The position numbers and the translations under genes were made by a program. Positions 44,041-54,785 of a stretch of DNA of 64,000 nucleotides are shown here, one piece after another (within the stretch, counting starts at the first letter, position 1; each line of letters begins with the position of its first letter). The stretch comes from Thermovirgaceae bacterium (GTDB lineage Bacteria > Synergistota > Synergistia > Synergistales > Thermovirgaceae): positions 1 to 64,000 of the forward strand of contig JAXGNU010000003.1 in assembly GCA_040767805.1 (NCBI GenBank), read 5' to 3'. The notes beneath the pieces were generated by a model, which was given only the letters and a program-made list of their open reading frames with translations, had not been told where the DNA came from and ran no database searches.

Positions 44041-44069
44041 ATGGTATACCAGCCAGGCCGCGAGGTCAA
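44041..44069 (-). promoter_or_regulatory. Putative promoter about 300 nt upstream of mgtE
   Basis: TTGACC-17 nt-TACCAT directly after the terminator. Confidence 0.5.
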
Positions 44070-44070
44070 C

Positions 44071-44106
44071 AAAAAGGGCGGGTCCCATGGGACCCGCCCT
44101 TTTTTT
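44071..44106. terminator. Bidirectional-type intrinsic terminator
   Basis: AAAAAGGGCGGGTCCC-AT-GGGACCCGCCCTTTTT perfect palindrome. Confidence 0.85.
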
Positions 44107-44130
44107 CGATGGTACCCTCGAAATAGCACT

Positions 44131-44913
44131 TCACAGTTCCATGGAAAGCCGGGTTATCGAAAGGCTCCTGCCTGACGCATCATCAATATCTATCGCCACG
44201 GCGTCCATCCGTAGGTCGCCTTTACAGACCTCGAACCGAGTGGGCATACCCGTCAGGAAACGATAGATGATGGCTTCCTTGTCCATCCCGATGACTCCAC
44301 CGTGCCCGCCCGTCATCCCCACGTCGGAAATATAAGCCGTGCCCCCTTCCAGGATGCCCTCATCGGCGGTCTGGACGTGGGTGTGGGTACCGAGCACGGC
44401 GGATACCCTTCCGTCAAGGTACAGGGCCAGGGCCCGCTTTTCCGAGGTCGCCTCGGCATGGATGTCCACCAGTACCGGGGATCCTTTTAAAAGAAGGAGT
44501 TCCTCGTCGGCCCTCCGGAAAGGGCAATCGATGGGCTGCATGAAGACTCTCCCCTGGAGGTTCAGGATTCCAAGTTTGAGGCCCTTTTTTTCAATCACCG
44601 TCGATCCGATTCCCGGCGCGGCCGGCGGGTAATTAGCCGGCCTGACCAACCGTCTCTCGGCATCCAGAAGGGGCAGGGCCTCCCTGTTGTCCCATATGTG
44701 GTTGCCGCTTGTCATTGCGTCCAACCCCTGCCGGAACAGTTCTTCCATGACCTTTTCCGTCAATCCGAACCCTCCGGCCGCGTTCTCCACGTTGGCCACG
44801 ATGAAATCGAAAGGCCCCCATTCGGCCCTCGCCCGGGGGAGCAGGCCCGCCAGCGCCCTCCTGCCGGGGTTGCCGACGATATCCCCCACGAAAAGTACTT
44901 TCAATGCCTTCAC
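44131..44913 (-). CDS. ymdB: YmdB-like metallophosphoesterase
   Basis: GDIVG, NVENAAGGFG, TSGNH, DIHAEATSEK, GTHTHVQTAD; directly after rny. Confidence 0.92.
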   Translation of the reverse strand: MKALKVLFVGDIVGNPGRRALAGLLPRARAEWGPFDFIVANVENAAGGFGLTEKVMEELFRQGLDAMTSGNHIWDNREALPLLDAERRLVRPANYPPAAPGIGSTVIEKKGLKLGILNLQGRVFMQPIDCPFRRADEELLLLKGSPVLVDIHAEATSEKRALALYLDGRVSAVLGTHTHVQTADEGILEGGTAYISDVGMTGGHGGVIGMDKEAIIYRFLTGMPTRFEVCKGDLRMDAVAIDIDDASGRSLSITRLSMEL

Positions 44914-46443
44914 CTACTTGGCGTATTCCACCGAGCGAGTCTCCCTTATCACGGTCACCTTGATCTGTCCGGGGTACTTCATCTCGCTCTCTATTTTCCT
45001 GGCGATATCATAGGCAAGCTTATGGATAGAGCCGTCATCGAGGCTGTTCGGCGCGACCATGACCCTGATCTCCCGACCCGCCTGGATGGCATAAGCCTTG
45101 GTCACGCTCTTGAAGGTCTTGGCTAGCGTTTCAAGGGTCTCGAGCCTCTTGATGTAGGACTCCAGGCTCTCCCGTCTCGCCCCCGGCCTGGACGCGCTGA
45201 CGGCGTCGGCCGCCGATACGATCACGTCGTAGACGGAGGTCATCTCCTGGTCCTCATGGTGAGCCGCCACGGCGTTTACCACTTCGGGGGTTTCACCGAA
45301 CCTCTTGGCCAGGTCGCGGCCGATAAGCGCATGGGGTCCCTCGACCTGGTGGTCGACGGCCTTGCCAATATCGTGCAGAAGGCCGGCCCTCCTGGCGACA
45401 TGCTCATCGATGCCAAGCTCGGCGGCCATGATCCCCGAAAGGTGAGAAACCTCAAGACTGTGGGAAAGGGCGTTCTGCCCGTAGCTGGACCTGAATCTCA
45501 GTTGACCGATCAGTTTGACCAGTTCAGGGTGCATGGATTTGATCCCTGTTTCAAGGAGGGCTTCTTCGCCGGCCTCCAGGATCTTTTCTTCCACGTCACG
45601 CTGAGCCTTTTCCACGATCTCCTCGATCCTTGCAGGGTGGATCCTTCCGTCGAGGACAAGCCTCTCCAGTGAGAGACGCGCCACCTCTCTCCTCACGGGG
45701 TCAAAACTGCTCAACGTCACCGCTTCCGGTGTATCGTCCACGATGAGGTCAACTCCCGTGTAGGTCTCAAAGGCACGGATGTTCCTTCCTTCCCTCCCAA
45801 TTATGCGCCCCTTCATCTCGTCCGATGGCAAGGTAACAACGCTCACGGACATTTCAGAGGTATGATCCACGGCACACCTCTGGATGGCACTCACGACAAT
45901 TTCTCTGGATTTCCTTTCGGACTCTCTTCTCGCCTTCTCCTCGAGGTCCTTGAGTCTTAACCCTATAAGGTGTCCTGCCTCTTCTTCCACTTCCTTCAGG
46001 AGGAAATCCTTGGCGTCTTCCCTTGACATGCCGGCGATCTCCTCGAGTCGTTCCATCTGCTTCCTTCTCACTGACTCGACATCTTCGAGGCGGGACGCTA
46101 GTTCCTCCTGTTTCTTGCGGTACTCCTCCTCCCTCTGGAGTATGGACTCCATTTTGGAGTCGAGGTTCTCCTCCTTCTGTTCGAGTCTTCGCTCGGCGCG
46201 CTGTTGTTCGGCGCGCCTTTCCTTGATCTCGCGTTCGGCTTCTTGACGGAGGCGGTGGATCTCCTCCCTGGCCTCCGTTAACATCTCCCTTTTCCGCCTG
46301 TCGGCTTCCTGGAAAGCATCCTTCAAAAGCTGGTCGGACTGCTCCCGGGTCCCCTTGAGCTTCCTGTCGCTCAAAATTTTGTAAAAGAGGAAGCCGATCG
46401 AAAGACCGACGGCGAAAGCTGCTGCAAGTATTACAGGCAACAT
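44914..46443 (-). CDS. rny: Ribonuclease Y
   Basis: N-terminal TM, coiled coil, KH ([12 protein letters not shown]), HD (LLHDIGKA). Confidence 0.96.
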   Translation of the reverse strand: MLPVILAAAFAVGLSIGFLFYKILSDRKLKGTREQSDQLLKDAFQEADRRKREMLTEAREEIHRLRQEAEREIKERRAEQQRAERRLEQKEENLDSKMESILQREEEYRKKQEELASRLEDVESVRRKQMERLEEIAGMSREDAKDFLLKEVEEEAGHLIGLRLKDLEEKARRESERKSREIVVSAIQRCAVDHTSEMSVSVVTLPSDEMKGRIIGREGRNIRAFETYTGVDLIVDDTPEAVTLSSFDPVRREVARLSLERLVLDGRIHPARIEEIVEKAQRDVEEKILEAGEEALLETGIKSMHPELVKLIGQLRFRSSYGQNALSHSLEVSHLSGIMAAELGIDEHVARRAGLLHDIGKAVDHQVEGPHALIGRDLAKRFGETPEVVNAVAAHHEDQEMTSVYDVIVSAADAVSASRPGARRESLESYIKRLETLETLAKTFKSVTKAYAIQAGREIRVMVAPNSLDDGSIHKLAYDIARKIESEMKYPGQIKVTVIRETRSVEYAK

Positions 46444-46540
46444 TCGGACATCACTCCTTATTCCGTTGTCAAGTTTCATTAATTGTCAATCTATTCGGCA
46501 GTCGCAATAGGCAAAAAAGCGTCCTGATGTATTCTACAGA

Positions 46541-46984
46541 TTAGGAGGCTTCACCACAAGTCCGCCGGAGAGCTTCCCTTATGACGGGGTAGGAGAACCC
46601 CCTACGGGACAACCTCCCCCAGGCCTTCTCCATCTCAAGATCAGGCCCCCAGTGGCGGATCATGGCCAGGGCTTTCCCAACCTCATCTTCCTGGTCAAAG
46701 GCTACCATGCTCTCCACAAGATCCCCTTCAATGCCCCTTTTCAGGAGCTCCACCTTCATCCTTTTAAAGCCGTATTCCCCGTGGGTTGAAATAAAGAGCT
46801 CGCAGTAGCGCCGGTCATCGATGTATCCCGACTCTTCTAGTTCTCGACACACTTTCTCGGAAGTCCGCCTCGAAGCCCCCCTGGCAACGAGCTTTCTCTT
46901 GAGCTGGCTGCAGGTCACTTCTGACCGGGAAATCAGCCTCATGGCATATTCAAGCAGGCCTTCGAAACTATCGTCCCTTTTCAT
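46541..46984 (-). CDS. recX: Regulatory protein RecX
   Basis: GYIDDRRY, ELLKRGI, LSRRGF. Confidence 0.85.
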   Translation of the reverse strand: MKRDDSFEGLLEYAMRLISRSEVTCSQLKRKLVARGASRRTSEKVCRELEESGYIDDRRYCELFISTHGEYGFKRMKVELLKRGIEGDLVESMVAFDQEDEVGKALAMIRHWGPDLEMEKAWGRLSRRGFSYPVIREALRRTCGEAS

Positions 46985-46987
46985 AGG

Positions 46988-49063
46988 TCACGCCGTCCCC
47001 GCCAGTTTCAGCTTCGTCCCCAATTTCCTGAAAACTTCCCGCCGAAGGTCGGGGTAGCCCGACAATACCGGGTCCGACCCGACAAGCGTGAAGGCATCTT
47101 CCCTTGCCTCCTCCAGGAGGTCCCTGTCCTTCACGAGGTCCGCCACCTTGAAATCGGTTATGCCATGCTGCCTTACCCCACATATCTCACCCGGACCCCT
47201 GAGGGCCAGGTCCCTCTCGGCTATCTCAAAGCCGTCCGAAGAAGTGCGCATCGCTTCGATCCGGGCTCTTCCATCCTCCGTACCGGGCTTGCCGACAAGA
47301 AAGCAGAAACCGCCCACCTCGCCCCTCCCCACCCTGCCCCTGAGCTGGTGAAGTTGCGACAGGCCGAAACGATGGGCATCCTCGATCACCATGACTGTGG
47401 CGTCCCTCACGTCGACCCCGACCTCGACGACGGTCGTGGATACGAGGATCGACAGCTCTCCACTGACAAACCTCTCCATGGTGGACTGTCTTTCCTCGGG
47501 AGGAAGCTGGCCGTGAAGGATGCCGACCTTCTCCCCGGGGAACCGTTTTGAAAGCGTTTCGTGGCGCCTGATGACGGGCATCAGCGGGAGCTTGTCGCTC
47601 TCCTCGATCACTGGGCAGACCCAGTAGACCCTTCTTCCCTGGGCCGTCTCATTGGCAATAAACCGGGCGAGCCTGGGATCATCGGGGTCGCGTAGGTACC
47701 TGGTCTCTGTCGGGGTCCTCCCGGGGGGGAGTTCATCGATCACGGAAAAGGCTAGGTCGCCGTAGACGGATAGGGTCAGTGTCCTCGGTATGGGGGTGGC
47801 GGTCATAACGAGCACGTGAGGATGGCCGCCTTTGGCCGTCAGGGCCCCTCTCTGGAGGACGCCGAACCGGTGCTGCTCGTCCACCACCACGGCGGCCAGC
47901 CTCCCGAACTGTACCGTCTTCTGTATAAGGGCGTGGGTCCCCACCACGATACAGGGCTCACCGGAGGCAATATCCGCGAGGATCCCTTCCCTTTGCGGAT
48001 CGGGGAGGGATCCAGTGAGAAGGTGAACGGGGACATCCAGGGCTGAAAGCCAGCCGGATATCCTCTTGAAATGCTGCCTTGCCAGGATCTCGGTGGGGGC
48101 CATGATCGCCCCCTGGAAGCCGCTGTCCACAGCCGCGATCAGGAAGGTCACCGCCACAACAGTCTTGCCGGAACCCACATCCCCCTGGAGCAGCCTGTTC
48201 ATAGGGACATTGCCCGAACTGTCGGCGGCGAGTTCGCCCAGGACCTTCTCCTGGGACCGGGTCAGCGAAAAGGGGAGGACACCCGAACGGAACCGTTTCA
48301 TCAAGGGCCCTTGCCAATCAAGGGGTTCCCCTCCCGTTTCTTCCCGGTACTCCTGCTTCCTGATGGCAAGGGCTACCTGGAGGAGGAAGAGCTCCTCGTA
48401 GGCGAGCCTTTTCCTGGCCAGGGCCCATTCTTCCCTGCCCGAGGGGTAATGCATCTGGGTGACGGCAGGCATCCGGGGCATGAAACCCTTGGACTCCCGG
48501 ATAAAGGGGGGCAGGGGGTCGGCGAGATCACCGGGGAAAGCCGCGAGGGCATCGGAGATCAGCTTCCGAAGCCACTTCTGGTACAAACCCTCCGTCCCTG
48601 GGTAAACGGGGACCACCGTTCTTTGGTCAGAGGGATCGTCCTCATCGATCAGTACCTCGAACTCCGGGTTGGTGTATTGCAAAAGGCCCCCTCTTCTCTC
48701 GACCTTCCCGTAAAAGGAGGCCCTCGTACCCGGTGCCAGGACCCTCTCCAGGCCTTTCCGGTTGAACCAGACAGCCTGGGCGAGGCTCGAGCCGTCGCTG
48801 AGCAGGGCCGTCACCAGGGTGAGGTTTCTCCTCCTGGTGGGTTTCCTTTCGATGGCCAACACGGTGGCGACGGCCGAGGAGAATGAACCGGCCTGGAGGG
48901 AACCCAGGGGGGCGGGCGCCCCCCTGTTTTCGTAACGACGAGGGAAAAGGTACAGGAGATCCTCGACGGTCTGCACCCCGAGCCTGAGAAGCCGAGAGGC
49001 CCTCACGGGCCCGACCCCCTTCAGGAACCTGACAGGGGTGTCCCTCGTCAGGCTCTCCGTCAC
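46988..49063 (-). CDS. recG: ATP-dependent DNA helicase RecG
   Basis: LLQGDVGSGKT, DEQHRFG, MTATPIPRT, QLRGRVGRG. Confidence 0.96.
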   Translation of the reverse strand: MTESLTRDTPVRFLKGVGPVRASRLLRLGVQTVEDLLYLFPRRYENRGAPAPLGSLQAGSFSSAVATVLAIERKPTRRRNLTLVTALLSDGSSLAQAVWFNRKGLERVLAPGTRASFYGKVERRGGLLQYTNPEFEVLIDEDDPSDQRTVVPVYPGTEGLYQKWLRKLISDALAAFPGDLADPLPPFIRESKGFMPRMPAVTQMHYPSGREEWALARKRLAYEELFLLQVALAIRKQEYREETGGEPLDWQGPLMKRFRSGVLPFSLTRSQEKVLGELAADSSGNVPMNRLLQGDVGSGKTVVAVTFLIAAVDSGFQGAIMAPTEILARQHFKRISGWLSALDVPVHLLTGSLPDPQREGILADIASGEPCIVVGTHALIQKTVQFGRLAAVVVDEQHRFGVLQRGALTAKGGHPHVLVMTATPIPRTLTLSVYGDLAFSVIDELPPGRTPTETRYLRDPDDPRLARFIANETAQGRRVYWVCPVIEESDKLPLMPVIRRHETLSKRFPGEKVGILHGQLPPEERQSTMERFVSGELSILVSTTVVEVGVDVRDATVMVIEDAHRFGLSQLHQLRGRVGRGEVGGFCFLVGKPGTEDGRARIEAMRTSSDGFEIAERDLALRGPGEICGVRQHGITDFKVADLVKDRDLLEEAREDAFTLVGSDPVLSGYPDLRREVFRKLGTKLKLAGTA

Positions 49064-49557
49064 TGATGGCTCTCCCCTTCCTTTTCGCTCTCTCCTTCCT
49101 CCGCGGGGGCTTCCAGCGAATTCAGCAACGATCCGAACTTGGCAAGCAAGCCTTTGAACTCCGCCACGAACTGGTAACGAACCTGCCTCAATCTCTGGAT
49201 ATCCCGCTTGTGGGCGTCCACCCTGTCCTTGGCGCCGAGGACGATCTGGTGCGCCTGGGCCTCGGATTCGGCGATTATGGCCTCAGCCTTGCCTTCGGCG
49301 CTGCTCACCCTCTCCTCGGCGCTCTTCTGCGCAAGGACGAGCGCCTCTTGCAGCGACTGCTTAAGTTCGGTGTACTCCCGGATCTGCTCGTCAAACCTGG
49401 AAAGCTGCACTTCCAGGGTCTTTATTTTTTCCGAGTAAACCTGCAGGCTTTCAGCGACTTTCTCCAGGAAATCCTCGACCTCTTGGGGGTTATAGCCTCT
49501 CATGGCCTTGCTGAAACTGATCCTCTCGATATCAAGAACGGTCAATAGGTCTGCCAA
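49060..49557 (-). CDS. DivIVA domain protein
   Basis: LTVLDI..F.KAMRGYNPQEVEDFL plus coiled coil. Confidence 0.88.
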   Translation of the reverse strand: MADLLTVLDIERISFSKAMRGYNPQEVEDFLEKVAESLQVYSEKIKTLEVQLSRFDEQIREYTELKQSLQEALVLAQKSAEERVSSAEGKAEAIIAESEAQAHQIVLGAKDRVDAHKRDIQRLRQVRYQFVAEFKGLLAKFGSLLNSLEAPAEEGESEKEGESHQ

Positions 49558-49580
49558 TTTTTTCCCTCCCTGCCCGCGGG

Positions 49581-50276
49581 TCAGTATGTTCTATCTCCGA
49601 AAATGGCGCTCCCTATCCGCACCATGGTGCTTCCTTCCATAACTGCGTACTCAAAGTCGCCGCTCATCCCCATGGAGAGGATCGGCAGCGAAAGGCCCAA
49701 CCGCGATTGCGTTTCATCCCTCAGTGCCCTCAGGGAGGCATAAAGCGTCCTGGTTCCCCTCTCGTCCAGGCCAAGGGGCAGGACAGTCATCAAACCCTTG
49801 AGGTCGAGGTTTGCGCACCCCTGCAGGATACCTTCAGCCAGGCCCTCTAGGGCGTCCCTTGACGCGCCGAACTTGTCAGGGTCTTCACCGATGTTCACTT
49901 CAAGGAGGACATCGAGCCTCCTCCCGGCGGCGGTACAGGCCCTGTCCAAGACCGATGCCAGTTCAAGGGAGTCCACGCTCTGGACGCAGTCGAAGACCTC
50001 GACCGCTTTCTTGGCCTTGTTCTTCTGGAGGTGCCCCACGAGGTGCCATGGAATGCGCGATCTTGGCGCCGAGGGATCCCATTTCGAAAGGGCTTCCTGC
50101 ACCCTGCTCTCACCAAGGGCGACTACGTCGCAGCGGGCAGCCTCTTCCATCTCATCGGTCGAACGGGTCTTGGTCACGGCTACTATGCCGACCCTGTCGC
50201 CTTCAAGGCCGCAACGGGCCGCCGCCCTGGCGATCCTCTCCCGGACCGAGGTTATGTTATCCGCTATGGAACTCAC
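49581..50276 (-). CDS. yggS: PLP homeostasis protein YggS
   Basis: VAVTK, WHLVGHLQKNK, SMGMSGDF, VRIGSAIFG. Confidence 0.93.
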   Translation of the reverse strand: MSSIADNITSVRERIARAAARCGLEGDRVGIVAVTKTRSTDEMEEAARCDVVALGESRVQEALSKWDPSAPRSRIPWHLVGHLQKNKAKKAVEVFDCVQSVDSLELASVLDRACTAAGRRLDVLLEVNIGEDPDKFGASRDALEGLAEGILQGCANLDLKGLMTVLPLGLDERGTRTLYASLRALRDETQSRLGLSLPILSMGMSGDFEYAVMEGSTMVRIGSAIFGDRTY

Positions 50277-51196
50277 CAGATCCGCACCTCCCCCTCGGCG
50301 GCGTCGGCCCCCGACGCTATCACCAGGTCACCCGGCTCGAGCCCCTTTTTGACCAGGAAACGCTTCCCCGATACCGGTATTCCCGTCACCTCCACGGCGA
50401 CGGACCTGTCACCGGTTACGAGGAAGGTCATCTTTTTCCTGTCCCTTAAGGTGACGGCGCTCTCCGGGATGAGCACCCCCTTCGCGTCCTCGGCGTGGAG
50501 CAGGTACGAGACCCTCCTGGAGAGGACGTCCGCCGACGAGAAGAACGGAAAGGTGAGATAGACCTTGTAAATTGGCCCCAGGTCGTTCACCGCGCGGACT
50601 TCCGCCCTGAAGGAAAGGTCCGAGGCGGATCTTTTTATCTCGAGATGGTCCCTGTCGCCCGGGTCCCATTCAAGGGCCGATTTCTCCACGTAGGCCACGC
50701 ACCTCAGGAATTGTGGCTGGGGTATGAATTTACCGATCTCTCCCCCCAGGGAGACCTTTTGGCCTTCGTGCAGGAAACGGGGCGGTCCCGGTTCGGGGAG
50801 CTTCGAGCTTCCGGGCCAAAGGACCCCATAGGACCAGCCGCCTTCGGCCCCGTCGAGGGCCGCCATGAAAAAACCCGGGCTGGGCGACTTCACCTGTCTC
50901 CTGCCAGCGGGAGAGGCCACTTCCGCCACCACCTCTCCACGGGCGCAATAGACGGGGCCCCTGCCCCGGGGGTAGGACACCGCGCCCTCGGCGGGCGAGG
51001 CCATCACCGTTTCTTCCCAGATCAGTACGCCTTCCAGCGGGATGTCCAGGGAAAAGACCACCGGTTCCGCCACGGCCAGTTCAGGCCTGAGGCGGAAATA
51101 ACGATCCCACCAGGCCTTGTAGACGAGGATCGCGCCAAGGACTATGCAGACGGTGAAGAAATAGTAGAACACCTTCGTCGCGGTTTTCCCTTTCAT
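50273..51196 (-). CDS. Membrane-fusion (HlyD-like) hypothetical protein
   Basis: N-terminal TM, SPAEG barrel-sandwich-like segment, GVLIPESAV..KGLEPGD C-terminus. Confidence 0.6.
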   Translation of the reverse strand: MKGKTATKVFYYFFTVCIVLGAILVYKAWWDRYFRLRPELAVAEPVVFSLDIPLEGVLIWEETVMASPAEGAVSYPRGRGPVYCARGEVVAEVASPAGRRQVKSPSPGFFMAALDGAEGGWSYGVLWPGSSKLPEPGPPRFLHEGQKVSLGGEIGKFIPQPQFLRCVAYVEKSALEWDPGDRDHLEIKRSASDLSFRAEVRAVNDLGPIYKVYLTFPFFSSADVLSRRVSYLLHAEDAKGVLIPESAVTLRDRKKMTFLVTGDRSVAVEVTGIPVSGKRFLVKKGLEPGDLVIASGADAAEGEVRIW

Positions 51197-51203
51197 GTTT
51201 TTA

Positions 51204-51920
51204 TCATATCACTCCCCGGTCCACGTCGAAGGCGCCTTCCTGCTCTACGGGCAAGACCCGGGCAAGTTCCGAAATGTCTTTGATGACGTCCAGGGCCCCC
51301 GCGCTTGAAAGGACGCCGGGGCTTGTTCCACCCGTGCTCACGCCGATAAACCGGATGCCGGCACTCCTTGCGGCTAGGGCATCGATCTCGGAATCGCCAA
51401 CCAGGGTCGTTCCCGAGGCTGTGCTCCCAAGGTTTCTCAGGGATAACCATAACGGCTCCGGGTGCGGCTTGGGGTTTTCCACGTCGTCCATACCGACGAC
51501 GGAGAGGAAGTACCCTCCGAGCCCGGCACTTTCGACGGCCCGGAGCAGTTTCTTCCTGTTCGAGACCACCCCTAGAGGAAGGCCTTTATCCAGGAGCTTT
51601 TTCAAGGCCCCCCGGGTCGCCGCGAAGGGCACGATCCTCTCGTACTCAAGGGGGACCAGGTACTTTCTGTAATATTCCATCCAGGCGGGTTCATAGCGCC
51701 CCCATAACATCTCCATGGCCTTATCCATCGGGTGTCCTATGGTCGATATCACTTCCTCCCGGGTCACCTCGGCCAACCCGAAGGATCCGGCCAGCCTGTT
51801 AAGGCAATAGGTAATGCCGAGGCTGCTGTCGACCAGGGTCATGTCGAAATCGAAAAGGACGGCCCCTTTCCCGCTCCGTTCCCCTCCCGTCCAGGCTGGG
51901 TTCCTCTGGTGTTTCATCAT
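51204..51920 (-). CDS. HAD family phosphatase
   Basis: FDFDMTLVDS, VVSN, KPHPEP, VGDSEID. Confidence 0.9.
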   Translation of the reverse strand: MMKHQRNPAWTGGERSGKGAVLFDFDMTLVDSSLGITYCLNRLAGSFGLAEVTREEVISTIGHPMDKAMEMLWGRYEPAWMEYYRKYLVPLEYERIVPFAATRGALKKLLDKGLPLGVVSNRKKLLRAVESAGLGGYFLSVVGMDDVENPKPHPEPLWLSLRNLGSTASGTTLVGDSEIDALAARSAGIRFIGVSTGGTSPGVLSSAGALDVIKDISELARVLPVEQEGAFDVDRGVI

Positions 51921-52867
51921 TCCCGGTCCAGCCGGTTCAAAAGATCCAAACCTCTATCCAGGCGCGAGATATTCTCCGCCACGGTCCGGGCTACACCCAT
52001 CAAAGCCTCGTCCGTGACCCCCCCAACATGGGGAGTGAGGGTGATCATGGGGTTGGCCAGCAGAGGGTCACCAGGGTCAGCGGGTTCATCCCAGAAAACA
52101 TCGAGGCCGACGCCGGCGAGGCGGCCGCTCTCGAGGGATTCTTCCAAGGCCCTCCTGGACACCAGTTCGGCCCTGCCGACGTTGACCAGGAAGGAACCGG
52201 GTTCCAGGGCCTTGAAAAATGCCCCGGAGGCGATCTCCCTGGTCTCCTCGTTGAGTTCGAGGGAGAGCACGACAAACCTGCACCCCGAAAGGGCCTCCTC
52301 CACTCGTTCGAGGTGGTAAAACCCGTCGAGGCCCAGGGAACCGAAGGACTGCCTTTCGGTCCGGTTCACCCCCCTGACCTCCATGCCCATCCCCTTGAGC
52401 CTGGACACGACGTTCCGTCCCACGTTTCCCAATCCTATCACGCAGGCCCTCTTCTTCCACAAGGAAATACCCTGGGGGGAGAAGAGCCGCCTCTTCCGGA
52501 TGTTCTCCTGGCAACGGGCATACTTCCTTGAGTGGAGGAGGAGGTGCATCAGGGCGATCTCGGCGACACCCTCGGCGTTCCCCGTGCCCCCGGAAGGCAC
52601 GTTGCAAACGGCTACGCCCATTCTTCTACAGGCTTCGATGTCGATCCCGTCGACACCGACCCCCCACTGGTGTACCAACCTGAGCCTCGGCGCGCCCTTG
52701 AGGAGGGCTTCATCCACGTCCAGGGGACCGCAGACAAGCACCTCCGCCTCCCCCAGGCGATCCGCCAGGCCGGCCTCGTCGGCGACCTCCATTTCATGAC
52801 CTGCCAGCAGCGGCCCCACGACGCCTCGAAGTTTTTCAAAGGTTTTGGGAAAAAAAAGTATTCTCAT
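51917..52867 (-). CDS. D-2-hydroxyacid dehydrogenase family protein
   Basis: GVGVDGID, IGLGNVG, NVGR, LDVFWDEP, TPHVGG. Confidence 0.9.
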   Translation of the reverse strand: MRILFFPKTFEKLRGVVGPLLAGHEMEVADEAGLADRLGEAEVLVCGPLDVDEALLKGAPRLRLVHQWGVGVDGIDIEACRRMGVAVCNVPSGGTGNAEGVAEIALMHLLLHSRKYARCQENIRKRRLFSPQGISLWKKRACVIGLGNVGRNVVSRLKGMGMEVRGVNRTERQSFGSLGLDGFYHLERVEEALSGCRFVVLSLELNEETREIASGAFFKALEPGSFLVNVGRAELVSRRALEESLESGRLAGVGLDVFWDEPADPGDPLLANPMITLTPHVGGVTDEALMGVARTVAENISRLDRGLDLLNRLDRE

Positions 52868-53664
52868 TTTCCTGTCCGCCCAGGATCGTTTCGGAGGCGT
52901 TTATCCCTCGAAAGGCTGGCGAAAGCCTCGTGGGCGTGGATGCTTTCGTGGCTCACCACCCTGACCGAGTACCAACTGATACGGGGGTCATCATCCAGGC
53001 GCACCGCTACCTCCCTGACCACGTCCTCCACGAACCTGGGATTATCGTAGGCCCTTTCGGTGACGTATTTCTCGTCCTCCCTTTTCAAAAGGGTGAAAAC
53101 AGGGGATGAGGCGCTCTCTTCCGCGATATCGGCCAATTCCTCGATCCATACCAGGTGGTCCATTCTCACGGTTATCATCACTTCCGCCCGCTGATTGTGG
53201 GCCCCCCTTTCGGAGATCTCCTTTGAGCAGGGACAGAGGGTGTTCACCGGCACCGTCACTGTCAAGGTGAAGTCAAAATCCTCCCCGCAGGAGGCCCAGA
53301 AAACGGCGTCGTAGCGGGTGAGGCTCGGCGCACCGCTGACGGGGGCCCTCCTCGTGGCGAAGTAGGGGAAACTGAACTTCAATTCCGCCTTTTCGGCTTC
53401 TAGGTGCTCCCTAAGGGCCGCGGCGATGTGCTCCAGGTTTTGCAGGGTCACGTGGCCGTTGCAGGAATTCAGGATCTCTATGAAACGGCTCATGTGGGTC
53501 CCCCTGAAGTGCCTCGGGAGTGAGACGGACATCTCCACCATGGCCACGGTGTGCTGAGTCTTCTCGTTCCTGTCCCTCACCTGTATGGGGTAGGCCAAGC
53601 CCGTCACCCCCACGCTGTCTATCGGGATATTCCGCATATCATGCTCACTCTGTACATCACGCAT
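52864..53664 (-). CDS. folE2: GTP cyclohydrolase IB
   Basis: GTHMSRF, TLCPCSKEIS..GAHNQR, NPRFVED, ESIH. Confidence 0.95.
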   Translation of the reverse strand: MRDVQSEHDMRNIPIDSVGVTGLAYPIQVRDRNEKTQHTVAMVEMSVSLPRHFRGTHMSRFIEILNSCNGHVTLQNLEHIAAALREHLEAEKAELKFSFPYFATRRAPVSGAPSLTRYDAVFWASCGEDFDFTLTVTVPVNTLCPCSKEISERGAHNQRAEVMITVRMDHLVWIEELADIAEESASSPVFTLLKREDEKYVTERAYDNPRFVEDVVREVAVRLDDDPRISWYSVRVVSHESIHAHEAFASLSRDKRLRNDPGRTGK

Positions 53665-53719
53665 GAGAGAGACACCCTCTCCTGTCAATTGGTCGCTATG
53701 CCTTGCCCTCCCCTGGGGC

Positions 53720-54688
53720 TTATAGACCCTCGGAACCTCCGGTCGAGGCTCCCCCCGGCGACATGTTCCAGAGGTTCAGCATCTCCTGGCCCCGCCCGCC
53801 GGCCTCAACGCCTAGGAGGGCCTTCATCTCGAGAGCGTTCCGTACCGCGTTGTCCCTGAAGCAATTGTTGAACATGAGGAAAACCCTGCCCCCTTCCTTT
53901 GCGAAGACCTTGGCTTTCTCGCTGAAAGGGGCCAGTTCGTTCATATCGTACAGGTAGTTGAATCGCTCCGCCACCTTGGCATCCCTTTTGTTCCAGGCAG
54001 GGGCGTTCCTCCCATGGAACCTCATCACCGTCCCCCAGGTGGCGGTGATGTGCCATTCCGGCGGGACGGTCCATTCCAGGCTGGGTTCATCCACGGCGGT
54101 GAAGGCCATATTCTGGTCCCTCAGGAGGTCCAGGAACCTCTCACGGTTGCCCTCCTCGAGCCATGACCTATGCCTGACCTCGATGGCCACCCTCGCCGGC
54201 GAGGCCAGTTTCGCGACCCTTTTGAACCAGTTGAGGTGCCTTTCGGAAAAGACCACCCAGGGGGGGAATTGAAAGAGCAGGTAACCCAGCCTGTTCATGC
54301 TGTGGAGCACCAGGACGCGGGAGATGAACCTTTCCCAGAGCGCTACGCGGGCATCCTTGGGGATCTCCCAGATTCGCAGCCTGGATCCCTTGGAGATGCC
54401 GGGGGGGATCAAATCCTGGGGAAGGGCCGTCACTGAGAGCGTGTGGAAGGTGAAAAGACCGAAGGCCTTTATGTTGAAAAGAAAACCCGGTGCGGTCCTC
54501 GCGGCCCATTGGTAGAATACTTCCTCACCCGGGATGGCGTAGAAGGTACTGTCGACCTCGACGGTATCGAAAAAGCCCGCGTAGTGCTTAAGCCTTGAAT
54601 AGGCGTCCCTGGAATTGTCCGGGTACCACCCGCTGGCAATGAGCGACCGGTCGGTCCAGGAACAGGTACCGACTCTCAGGCCTTCCAT
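53720..54688 (-). CDS. DUF72 family protein
   Basis: VGTCSW, TVEVDSTFY, LFQFPP, IEVRHRSW, RFHGRN, FNN. Confidence 0.88.
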   Translation of the reverse strand: MEGLRVGTCSWTDRSLIASGWYPDNSRDAYSRLKHYAGFFDTVEVDSTFYAIPGEEVFYQWAARTAPGFLFNIKAFGLFTFHTLSVTALPQDLIPPGISKGSRLRIWEIPKDARVALWERFISRVLVLHSMNRLGYLLFQFPPWVVFSERHLNWFKRVAKLASPARVAIEVRHRSWLEEGNRERFLDLLRDQNMAFTAVDEPSLEWTVPPEWHITATWGTVMRFHGRNAPAWNKRDAKVAERFNYLYDMNELAPFSEKAKVFAKEGGRVFLMFNNCFRDNAVRNALEMKALLGVEAGGRGQEMLNLWNMSPGGASTGGSEGL

Positions 54689-54785
54689 GGCGTAGACCTC
54701 CGGGGGATCATGAGGCGTAAGTCTGCGGTTCCATTATAATGGAGACCAGTCGTAAGCGAAATTTTCCTTGAAAGGAAGTGCCGCC

